Below, one piece after another: positions 1 to 8,532 of a stretch of 64,000 nt of DNA. Within the stretch, counting starts at the first letter, position 1, and each line of letters begins with the position of its first letter. This stretch comes from an uncultured Peptococcaceae bacterium. GTDB taxonomy: Bacteria; Bacillota; Dehalobacteriia; UBA4068; UBA4997. The position numbers and the translations under genes were made by a program. The notes below the pieces were generated by a model. That model was not told where the DNA came from. It worked only from the letters and a program-made list of their open reading frames with translations, and ran no database searches. The stretch covers positions 74,512 through 138,511 of the forward strand of contig CALCQI010000012.1 in the NCBI GenBank assembly GCA_937897635.1, in the 5' to 3' direction.

Positions 1-100
1 CCCAATAGGCAAAGCACCTCTCCGCTGCCCAGTGCAAAGGAAACATCATGTACTATATCTATACCGGCATAGCCCGCACAAATATCCCTAGCTTCAAACC

Positions 101-1135
101 TCATAACCATCCCTTCCTTCGTTTCATTAAAAGATATACAAAAAACGGCGCACCGATTATAGATGTTAGAATACCCAACGGTATTTCCATGGTAAACATT
201 GTTCTGGCCAGGTTATCCACTATCAACAAAAAAATTCCACCAATCAGAAAGGAAGCAGGCATTAAATATTTATAATTAGGGCCCACCAACATTCTTGTTA
301 AATGCGGGATAACCAAGCCTATCCAGCCGATCATACCGCATATAGCTACCGACGCCGCTGTAAGCAAAGTTGCGCAAACTATATAAACGATACGCAGCTT
401 ATCCGTATTCAAGCCCATAGATTTAGCCTCTTCATCCCCAAATGCCATAGCATTGAGCTGCCAACGCAAAAAAAACAATGGAATCATACCGCAAAAAAAC
501 GGTATCAACATCATCAATACATCATCCATAGAAACTGCAGATAATCCACCCATTAGCCAATAAGTTATTTCAGGCAGTTTAGTGTAGGGATCTGCAACAT
601 ATTTCAAAAGAGTAATAAAAGATGAAAATAGCGTAGATACTATCATGCCTGCCAAAACCAGTATCAACAGTGCATCCTTGCCTCTGCTTACTATTTTGCA
701 TATAAAATAAGTAAGCCCAACCGCAAATATTCCAACCACAAATGCCGAAATTTGAATAAATACAAACGGCCACGATAATAAAATAGCAATTGCCGCACCA
801 AAACCCGCACCTGCTGATGCACCTAAAATATCGGGTGACACCATCGGATTCTTAAAAAGCCCTTGGTAGACCGCTCCTGCCGAGCTTAAGGCTCCGCCAA
901 TCAGAACAGATGCAAATATTCTTGGCATTCGCACCTTGATTATTACGGATTGCACCATTTCCGCCATTCTGCAATCACTTCCCGAGAACTTGGCATAAAA
1001 CACAGCAAATACATCTTTGGGGGTTATACTGTATCGGCCAACAAGGAACGAAACAAAAATTGACAATACCAATATAACAACGGAAACCAAGATAATTTTA
1101 TTAGCAGCATATTGTTTTTTAGGTACTGCCGACAT
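101..1135 (-). CDS. FecCD/BtuC-family ABC transporter permease
   Basis: Hydrophobic 344 aa; motifs 'VRMPRI', 'FKNPMVSPDILG', 'GDEEAKSMG', 'IGWIGLVIPH'. Confidence 0.92.
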   Translation of the reverse strand: MSAVPKKQYAANKIILVSVVILVLSIFVSFLVGRYSITPKDVFAVFYAKFSGSDCRMAEMVQSVIIKVRMPRIFASVLIGGALSSAGAVYQGLFKNPMVSPDILGASAGAGFGAAIAILLSWPFVFIQISAFVVGIFAVGLTYFICKIVSRGKDALLILVLAGMIVSTLFSSFITLLKYVADPYTKLPEITYWLMGGLSAVSMDDVLMMLIPFFCGMIPLFFLRWQLNAMAFGDEEAKSMGLNTDKLRIVYIVCATLLTAASVAICGMIGWIGLVIPHLTRMLVGPNYKYLMPASFLIGGIFLLIVDNLARTMFTMEIPLGILTSIIGAPFFVYLLMKRRKGWL

Positions 1136-1176
1136 CTTAAACCTCCTAAAAATACAATTAATTCATCTTATATTTT

Positions 1177-2232
1177 TTAATCGTTTGAATTTATAATAGC
1201 TGCAATTTGTTCCTTTGTGAGGTTATAATTAAAGAAATTGTTATAAAAATATTCTATTTCTTTAGATAAGTCCTCATAAGTAATCAACTCGGGATATAGT
1301 TTATATAAAGTCCAAATTACACTGAGAGGCTGCTCAACTGTACGGTTACCCCAAACATGTGCAACTGTTGGAATATAATATATCTCATCATTTTTAACAG
1401 CTGTAATATCTTTATAGCGTTGATCTTGTTTAATTTCATCAATCATGCTTTTATACGTAACTATCATAACCTCAGGATTCCAGACGAGCATATCCTCAAT
1501 TGTATAATCTAAGCTGCCACCACCACTTCTGCCATTATCTGTCACACTTATACCGCCTGCAGTAGATATCCACCATTCAGCAATTACATGGGGCTGAGAA
1601 AGCTTTGTAATATTACCATATAAAACATGTTTTTTATCTTTGGTTTTTAAATTAGCAGTCAAATCTTTTGCCTTTGTAACCATATTATTAAAATAATCTA
1701 TGTAGTCAGAAGCTATATCTTGCTTTCCTAAAATCTCACCCATGAGGGTAACAGCAGTTTTAACATCATCTGTTTGCTTCCATTCAAGATATATTACATT
1801 TAATCCGTTTTTCTCTAAAGGCTCAATAAACTCTTTAGTCATAACAAGGCATAAATCGGGTTTAAGCTTTAAAACTTCCTCCATTATTATCTCGTTATCA
1901 GCACTTTGAAGAACGGGAGCACCCTTAATTTGCGGCGCAAATTCATACTGCATCTTCCATTTATCCGATTTGGTAAAGTTAACAGTCATGTCATTGCAAA
2001 TTTTATCACCACAACCCATTAATTCCACAAAGGTATTTAGAACACCTATAGCACCAAAGGTTGCAATCGAGTCTATTTCAGCTGGTAATGTAACAATCCT
2101 TCCTGCCATATCGGTTACTGTAATCTCCCTTGAGGCAGTATTTGTAGATTCATTTGACTTTGCAGTACATCCTGCAAACAAGGATACCACAAGTATTAAT
2201 GCTACCAAAAACATAAGCTTTCTTTTAATCAT
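1177..2232 (-). CDS. Class III (FhuD/BtuF-like) substrate-binding lipoprotein
   Basis: Lipobox 'LFAGC', 'VTDMAGRIVTLP', 'AVKNDEIY'. Start moved to MIKRK, which follows an AAGGAG RBS. Confidence 0.88.
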   Translation of the reverse strand: MIKRKLMFLVALILVVSLFAGCTAKSNESTNTASREITVTDMAGRIVTLPAEIDSIATFGAIGVLNTFVELMGCGDKICNDMTVNFTKSDKWKMQYEFAPQIKGAPVLQSADNEIIMEEVLKLKPDLCLVMTKEFIEPLEKNGLNVIYLEWKQTDDVKTAVTLMGEILGKQDIASDYIDYFNNMVTKAKDLTANLKTKDKKHVLYGNITKLSQPHVIAEWWISTAGGISVTDNGRSGGGSLDYTIEDMLVWNPEVMIVTYKSMIDEIKQDQRYKDITAVKNDEIYYIPTVAHVWGNRTVEQPLSVIWTLYKLYPELITYEDLSKEIEYFYNNFFNYNLTKEQIAAIINSND

Positions 2233-2252
2233 AATAATTAGCTCCTTTTTTA

Positions 2253-3050
2253 TTATATAATAGGAATACAAACCTTTTTGACTTGATGCTCTTTATTATT
2301 TTTCACCTCTGTTGATGTTACACATACGGGTGTATTATACAACTCTGATAGATTTTTGCTGGTTACCACTTCATCAGGAGTACCATACTCCCCAACTATA
2401 CCGTTCTTCATAAGAAGAACCCTATTACAAACCCAAAAAGCATGCTCAGGAAAATGAGAAGTCATGAGAATTCCGTAATTTTCAAGTGATAATTTTTTTA
2501 TCATATCCAAAATTTTTATTTGATTACTGTAATCTAAATTAGCAGTTGGTTCATCCATTATTAAATATTTGGCCTGCTGTGCTAAAGCTCTTGCAACTAA
2601 TACCATTTTCTTTTCACCGCCGCTTAGTTCATTAAAGTAATTGTCTGCAAGCCTTGTAAGTTCCAGCTTTTCAATAACATTATTTACTGTATTCAAATCT
2701 TCACTTGAAAGAGAAGCACCGAATTTAAGATGAGATGTCCTCCCCATTTTTACTACCTCATGTACCTTATAAGGGAATATCATACTGGAGGATTGTGATA
2801 CATACGCAAGATATTTTGCCCGCTTATTGGGTGAAACAGTATTCATGTTCACACCATCAACCATGATGCTTCCCTTTTTAATTTTGCATAAATTAAGTAA
2901 GCAACGAGCAAGAGTAGATTTACCGGTTCCGTTAGGACCCAGAATACAAAGACACTCTCCATGATTTAAATCGAAAGAAATATCGTCTAGTACATCTTGT
3001 TTCCCTTTATAGGCAAATTCAATATTTCTAACCTCTAACATCAATTCCAC
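2253..3050 (-). CDS. ABC transporter ATP-binding subunit (FecE/BtuD-like)
   Basis: Walker A GPNGTGKS, signature LSGGE, Walker B LIMDEPT. Confidence 0.93.
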   Translation of the reverse strand: MELMLEVRNIEFAYKGKQDVLDDISFDLNHGECLCILGPNGTGKSTLARCLLNLCKIKKGSIMVDGVNMNTVSPNKRAKYLAYVSQSSSMIFPYKVHEVVKMGRTSHLKFGASLSSEDLNTVNNVIEKLELTRLADNYFNELSGGEKKMVLVARALAQQAKYLIMDEPTANLDYSNQIKILDMIKKLSLENYGILMTSHFPEHAFWVCNRVLLMKNGIVGEYGTPDEVVTSKNLSELYNTPVCVTSTEVKNNKEHQVKKVCIPII

Positions 3051-4084
3051 CCCTTTTTTACCCGAAAAAGCATAATTGCAAAAACAGGTGTACCCACAAG
3101 AGCCGTAAGCACCCCAAGCGGAAGCTCTACACCTTCAATACCGCGTATTATATTGTCTATAATAAGCAGGAACAAACCCCCAACAAAAAAAGATACAGAA
3201 GAAAGTTTTGCAAAATTTGCTCCTGTAATAAACCTTGCAATATGTGGAATTACCATACCAACCCAACCTATTATTCCGCATATACTTACAGAAACAACAG
3301 TCATTAAGGTAGAACTAACAATAACAGCAAGTTTTACAGCAAGTACATTAACGCCCATTGTTGCTGCCTCATCTTCACCTGCTGAAAGTACATCAATTTT
3401 ATTACGGAATATAAACAGTATTAACAAAGATACTATTAAGGCAGGTAACAGAACCAACAAATCTGCGTTAGAACTTTTGCTTAATCCCCCCATGAGCCAA
3501 AATGTTATAGATGGTAATTGGTTATCGGTATCTGCCAAAGTTTTTACAATGGATAAAAGCGCCTGAAATAAGCTGGATACAACTATACCCGACAAAATAA
3601 GTATAGTAATACCTTGTTTGCCGTATGCATTACCGATAATATATGTAATAGCTACTGCCAGTAATCCAAAAAAAAGCGCACTCGTTTGTATTTCAAGCCA
3701 TGTTCCGTCATTCAGCATAGACAGTGCCGCACCAAAGCCTGCTCCTGCCGATACCCCCAAAATATCTGGAGATACCATAGGATTTTTAAATAACGTTTGA
3801 TACGAAGCACCTGAAATGGAAAGCGAACCTCCAACCAAGAGTGCAATAAGTATCCTGGGAAGCCTTACTTGCAAAACAACTGTTTCCAATCTACTTTCCC
3901 AATAGGGTGTTATATCTATAAAATGTGAAAGAATAATATCAAAAACTGTTTGTGGAGAAATTTTATATCTTCCAACCATAAATGACAGGAAAAACAAAAG
4001 GATTGTTAAGGCTATAAGCAAAACTAATTTAATAGTAAATTTATTTGTATTTTTCCCCTTTTGGACTAATATCTTTCGACTCAT
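3041..4084 (-). CDS. Second FecCD/BtuC-family permease
   Basis: 'VRLPRI', 'FKNPMVSPDILG', 'GEDEAATMG'; paralog of 101..1135. Confidence 0.92.
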   Translation of the reverse strand: MSRKILVQKGKNTNKFTIKLVLLIALTILLFFLSFMVGRYKISPQTVFDIILSHFIDITPYWESRLETVVLQVRLPRILIALLVGGSLSISGASYQTLFKNPMVSPDILGVSAGAGFGAALSMLNDGTWLEIQTSALFFGLLAVAITYIIGNAYGKQGITILILSGIVVSSLFQALLSIVKTLADTDNQLPSITFWLMGGLSKSSNADLLVLLPALIVSLLILFIFRNKIDVLSAGEDEAATMGVNVLAVKLAVIVSSTLMTVVSVSICGIIGWVGMVIPHIARFITGANFAKLSSVSFFVGGLFLLIIDNIIRGIEGVELPLGVLTALVGTPVFAIMLFRVKKGWN

Positions 4085-4926
4085 ACGATTATAACCTTCT
4101 GAATTATAGTTCTTTCAGCTGACTTTCCAAAAAAATGGTAGCCTGAGCCACCCTCACTGATAATATCCAAAAGTTCATCCGCTTTTGTAACAATAATGCC
4201 GCCAAGAGCAGTAACACCTCTTTTGAAAAATGCATCCGGCAGCATACTAGCAGTAGGGCCAATAACGATAATCTCAGCACCTTTTTTAGCCATTTCAAGC
4301 AGACCGGGCAGAGTATTATTCAGTATTGTAACCCCTGTTATGGTAAGCAGATCAGCATCGGGAACATAAAGCGGCGCATCCGTTGCGGGTGCGTAATGAG
4401 CAAGCTCCTCTCCCTTAAGAGCCCGTGCATCCATTTCAAGCACCTTATAATCCGCTCCACCTTGTTTAAGCTTCTTTAATATAGGTACTAATGCCCCTAC
4501 CACTACCGCTTTTTTAAATTGCTTAACATCCACCTTGTCAAAAGCATCCTCGCCTATAACTATTTCATAATCAACAGGCTTGTCTTTTTCCCAACATAGC
4601 GTACTCAAAGCATTCAAGGTTGCTATACCCAAAGTTCTTTTAAGTGGATTTAGTGAACGGGAATCCTCAATATATTCCAACACTGAGCGGCCACTCAGCC
4701 TTCCCGATAAAGGCATAGCTTTAGCTGAGCTTGGACAACAAACTGCTTCAGGCATTTCCTTTACAGGTGTAAAACAAAGCCCGCCATGACCCGTGGAAAG
4801 CTTTACACCCGAAAAAAACAAACCGAATACTGCTCTTTCTACAGTTATTTTATTCAAATCATTACCTATTTTATTTTTTATAAGTTCTATGGTTTCTTCA
4901 AGCAAAACATTGTTAGTTATTTCCAT
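4081..4926 (-). CDS. DUF364 (Rossmann-like) family protein
   Basis: 'LGIATLNALS', 'VVGAL.P', 'ITGVTILNNTL..LL', 'IGPTAS' pattern typical of DUF364. Confidence 0.75.
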   Translation of the reverse strand: MEITNNVLLEETIELIKNKIGNDLNKITVERAVFGLFFSGVKLSTGHGGLCFTPVKEMPEAVCCPSSAKAMPLSGRLSGRSVLEYIEDSRSLNPLKRTLGIATLNALSTLCWEKDKPVDYEIVIGEDAFDKVDVKQFKKAVVVGALVPILKKLKQGGADYKVLEMDARALKGEELAHYAPATDAPLYVPDADLLTITGVTILNNTLPGLLEMAKKGAEIIVIGPTASMLPDAFFKRGVTALGGIIVTKADELLDIISEGGSGYHFFGKSAERTIIQKVIIV

Positions 4927-6134
4927 TACTCTTCCTCCGTGATATATTCCTTGGGTAAACGCATTTCTACATTAATAACATCCCCTGCTTTAAAGGCAGT
5001 TTGCTTTTTTATATAAAACCGCGCATTATGTGCGTGATACAATTCCGCTCTTGTTTTTCCCTGCATAGCTACAGGCCTTACATAATATTGCCCCTTCTTG
5101 ATAAACACATATGCATAATCTATAAAGTCCAGCCCATACATATTCGTATCATTCGTAAAGATGGCTTCCAAGGTATAAGGCAATTGCACAGGCTGCATTT
5201 GCATAAGACTAAGGGTATTTTTAACATATAAAGTTGTTACTAAATCTGCTCCATTTGGCGGCCCCGGCAAACCAATGATAGGGATATTTTCAAAGTAAGT
5301 TAAGCTGCAATGCTTACCGGGTCCATGCCCTAATTCATATACCGTTAATTTACCAAGGCTTTCCAATAAATCTATGGTAAAATCCTTGCTCCCTTTAGAC
5401 GAACCGGCACAAATCAAAACCAAATCCGCAATTTGAACAGCGGAAAAAATAGCCTCCTGCAATTTTTTAAATTCATCCGGAATTATAGGATAAATTATAG
5501 CTTCAGCCCCATATTCCTCAATATATGCTTTCAGCATAAGGCTGTTCGATTCTACGTTTTTTTCACAGGGTGTTTCAAAACCGGCAGGTACAAGTTCATC
5601 GCCAGTTGGAATAAACACCACTTTAGGCTTTGCTAAAACCCTGATATTCATAAAACCATCAGAAAGCAAAATACCCATTAAAGCAGGGGTGATAATTTCC
5701 CCTTTATAAATTAACACTTCTCCCTTTTTTAAATGGCTGCCTACAGCTCCCACATATTCTCCACATCTTGAGGGAACAACCAAAAGCCTGATTTTCCCTT
5801 CTTTATCAAGCTCTACCTTTTCAATAGGTATAACCGTATCAAAAGTTTCTGCTATGGCAACACCTGTATTGCTAAAACAATATTCCTTCCCTTCTGTCCA
5901 TGAATATGTATTGGGCATTCCCTTAATAAAATCCGCAAAACGAACTGCAATACCATCACAACCACTGACGGGTTTATTGGGTAAATCATTTTTTGCACAA
6001 ATTGTTTCTGCACAAACCCTGCCTGCTGCTGTAGTTAAAGAAATTGTTTCAACTCTTGAAATAGGCTGGATATTACTTTGAAGAATTTCCAACATTTCAT
6101 TTCTATTTGGTTCAAAATCAGGTTTTTTATACAT
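4926..6134 (-). CDS. moeA: Molybdopterin molybdotransferase MoeA family
   Basis: 'AAGRVCAE', 'SGCDGIAV', 'IPTGDEL', 'AGSSKGSKD', 'IIGLPGPP'. Confidence 0.88.
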   Translation of the reverse strand: MYKKPDFEPNRNEMLEILQSNIQPISRVETISLTTAAGRVCAETICAKNDLPNKPVSGCDGIAVRFADFIKGMPNTYSWTEGKEYCFSNTGVAIAETFDTVIPIEKVELDKEGKIRLLVVPSRCGEYVGAVGSHLKKGEVLIYKGEIITPALMGILLSDGFMNIRVLAKPKVVFIPTGDELVPAGFETPCEKNVESNSLMLKAYIEEYGAEAIIYPIIPDEFKKLQEAIFSAVQIADLVLICAGSSKGSKDFTIDLLESLGKLTVYELGHGPGKHCSLTYFENIPIIGLPGPPNGADLVTTLYVKNTLSLMQMQPVQLPYTLEAIFTNDTNMYGLDFIDYAYVFIKKGQYYVRPVAMQGKTRAELYHAHNARFYIKKQTAFKAGDVINVEMRLPKEYITEEE

Positions 6135-6151
6135 TATTTTTCTCCCTTCAC

Positions 6152-6220
6152 AAGCAATATATTATTCTTTATCGAGAATAATATATTGCTTATATTATAC
6201 TTCCTTGGGGTTTTTGTCAA
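6152..6220 (-). promoter_or_regulatory. Sigma-A-like promoter with a 17-bp perfect inverted repeat (probable operator) upstream of moeA
   Basis: TTGACA at 6220-6215, with TAATAT 17 bp or TATAAT 15 bp downstream. Palindrome aagcaatatattattct-N6-agaataatatattgctt at 6152-6191. Confidence 0.6.
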
Positions 6221-6343
6221 TAGCAATATCACTGTATAATTGACACAAAATGCAATCTATAGCAACTTAATATTAAAACACCGCAAGGTTTAACCCCTAA
6301 TGATTTTGTTCTTAACAAAGAACAATATTTGTTATATAAAAAG

Positions 6344-6376
6344 AAAAGCGCCTATCCTTAACGGATAAGCGCTTGC
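6344..6376. terminator. Hairpin / probable intrinsic terminator after the yyaL-like gene
   Basis: aagcgcctatcc-ttaac-ggataagcgctt, followed by a T-rich run on the minus strand. Confidence 0.55.
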
Positions 6377-6388
6377 TTATATTATTTT

Positions 6389-8263
6389 TTAATTGCTTAC
6401 CAATTTTTGTTTTAATTCTTCAACATCATTAAAAGGAGCTGAACAGGTATTGTTTTCACAAACATAAAATGTTGTTTTATCTTCTTTTAGCTTATAGGCA
6501 GCTGCAAATGGAGAAATAGAATTCAACTCTCCATCTTTTTTTAAAAGCCAAACTGTGTTTGGTAAAAATTCATTGCTAATGATTTTTTTTAATTGCTCAA
6601 GCTCATTTCCATCTTCCGTTTTTGATAGGCAAGCCACAACTTCCCTACCCGAGTAAACTGTGGCAAGAACAGCTAAAAGGCCAAAAGCATAAGCAGAAGG
6701 CTGGTTTTGCATAAAGCCGGCCATAAACTGCAATTGTTGATGAGCAATTTTTCCCAGTTCTACATCACCCGTAAGCTTAGACAAAACAACTAAATTATAG
6801 GCACAAACCGAGTTACCCGAGGGTATGGCACCATCATAAGTTTCCTTGGGACGCAGGATAAGCTGTTCAGCATTTTCAGCGTATAAATAAAAACCGCCGT
6901 TCTCATGATCATAAAAATTTGCCAAAAGCTTTTTCTGCAAGCTCAAGGCTTTTACCAAATAGTCCTCTTCAAAACAGGCTTCATACATTTCCCAAAGTGC
7001 CCATACCATAAAAGCATAATCATCCAAATGACCTTTATTTGCGGCTTTACCGTTACGATAGCTTACTAAGAGCTCGCCATTTTCATCTCTCAGCTTTTCT
7101 TCAATAAAAGTTATGGTTTGTTTAGCCTCTTTCAAATATTCGTCTTTGCCCAATATCCTGTAGGCCTTTGCTAAAGCAACTATCATCAAGGCATTCCAAG
7201 CTGTTAATATTTTATCATCCTTATGCAAAACCGTTCGATTTTTACGGTAATTATAAACTTTTGCATTAAGCACTTCTATGGTAGAGTTTGCTTCTTCATA
7301 ATCAGTATTCAGAAGCAAATTAGGTATATTCGCTCCCTCAAAATTACCGTTTTCCGTAATACCAAAATGGTTGTTGAAATAAGTGCCGTCTTTCTCACCC
7401 AAAAGCTTTATTATTTCAGAAGGAGTAAAAACATAATATTTGCCTTCCACACCCTCGCTGTCAGCATCTTGAGCACTGTAAAAGCCTCCCTGGCCGTTTT
7501 TCATTTCCAGCATTACATAAGCCAAGGTTTTTTCGGCTACTCGTTTATAAAAATCTTTTTGGGTAAGCTGATAAGCCTCTAAATATACTATAGTTAAAAG
7601 CGCGTTATCATAAAGCATTTTTTCAAAATGCGGTACAAGCCATTTGGGATCAGTAGAATAACGGGAAAAACCAAAGCCTATATGGTCAAAAATACCACCC
7701 CTATACATTTGTCTTAAAGTTGTTTCTACCATTTCCAAGGCTGTTTTATCATCAGTAAAAAAATAATAACGCAACAGGAACATCAAATTATGGGGCGTAG
7801 GAAATTTAGGAGCATTGCCAAAACCACCGTATTTATCATCAAAGGTTTTCTGATAAAAGCCTGCCGCAGTCTCTGCCAATTCTTTTTTGGCTTCTCCTTT
7901 TGAGTGCTTGGTTTCATGCAAAATTTGCGCCACATTATTACCTGCCTGCACCAGTTTTTCCTTTTCATTTTGCCACATCACACGCACCGAATTCAGTATA
8001 TCCATAAGCCCGGGAACATTATAACGGGCAGTTTTGGGGAAATAAGTGCCGGCAAAAAAAGGCTTTTGCTCGGGTGACATTATTATAGTCATCGGCCAGC
8101 CTCCGCTGCCAGTAAAAGCCAAACAAACCGCCATATAAACTGCGTCTATATCGGGACGTTCCTCTTTATCAACTTTTATTGCCACATAATTTCCGTTCAA
8201 AATTTTTGCTACTTCCTCATCCTCAAAGGATTCATGCGCCATCACATGGCACCAATGGCAAGT
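6389..8263 (-). CDS. yyaL: YyaL/DUF255 (SPATA20-like) thioredoxin-domain protein, 3' part of an interrupted gene
   Basis: Frame reads TCHWCHVMAHESFED...KVDKEERPD...GGWP...PHFEKMLYDNA. The 5' part is at 30299..30477; the rejoined ORF would be 2034 nt (677 aa). Confidence 0.9.
   Translation of the reverse strand, partial: TCHWCHVMAHESFEDEEVAKILNGNYVAIKVDKEERPDIDAVYMAVCLAFTGSGGWPMTIIMSPEQKPFFAGTYFPKTARYNVPGLMDILNSVRVMWQNEKEKLVQAGNNVAQILHETKHSKGEAKKELAETAAGFYQKTFDDKYGGFGNAPKFPTPHNLMFLLRYYFFTDDKTALEMVETTLRQMYRGGIFDHIGFGFSRYSTDPKWLVPHFEKMLYDNALLTIVYLEAYQLTQKDFYKRVAEKTLAYVMLEMKNGQGGFYSAQDADSEGVEGKYYVFTPSEIIKLLGEKDGTYFNNHFGITENGNFEGANIPNLLLNTDYEEANSTIEVLNAKVYNYRKNRTVLHKDDKILTAWNALMIVALAKAYRILGKDEYLKEAKQTITFIEEKLRDENGELLVSYRNGKAANKGHLDDYAFMVWALWEMYEACFEEDYLVKALSLQKKLLANFYDHENGGFYLYAENAEQLILRPKETYDGAIPSGNSVCAYNLVVLSKLTGDVELGKIAHQQLQFMAGFMQNQPSAYAFGLLAVLATVYSGREVVACLSKTEDGNELEQLKKIISNEFLPNTVWLLKKDGELNSISPFAAAYKLKEDKTTFYVCENNTCSAPFNDVEELKQKLVSN
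8244..8260. repeat. att core, left junction (acatggcaccaatggca)
   Basis: Identical 17-mer at 30299-30315; extends to 22 bp with one mismatch. Confidence 0.92.
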
Positions 8264-8281
8264 TGGTTTCTATAACCAACG

Positions 8282-8446
8282 TTATGAGTACCCAATAGAA
8301 AGAAATATCGGTTTATCTTCAGCTTTTGCTCTATCAAATGCCTCTTGACCCCATGGGAACCAATTAACTGGATTGTGAGCATGCTGTAATAGATACGGCG
8401 ATTTCTCGTTTATCAATCTATTGGGTACAACATTATTGTTAGTCAT
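8282..8446 (-). CDS. Element-borne diverged copy of the yyaL N-terminus (54 aa, stops at IGYS)
   Basis: RBS GAAGGTG before the ATG at 8446; 40/47 aa identical to the host 5' fragment; TAA just before the att arm. Confidence 0.8.
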   Translation of the reverse strand: MTNNNVVPNRLINEKSPYLLQHAHNPVNWFPWGQEAFDRAKAEDKPIFLSIGYS

Positions 8447-8532
8447 TTTATCACCTTCCTTCATAACGTATTTCATTTTAGTATACCCCAAAAGTCAAGG
8501 ATATTACCAAAAAGTCAATATTCTCAATTTCC

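Noticed and set aside
8282-8284. Selenocysteine explanation for the stop near CHWC
   Set aside because: The stop is TAA, not TGA, and is not at a Cys position
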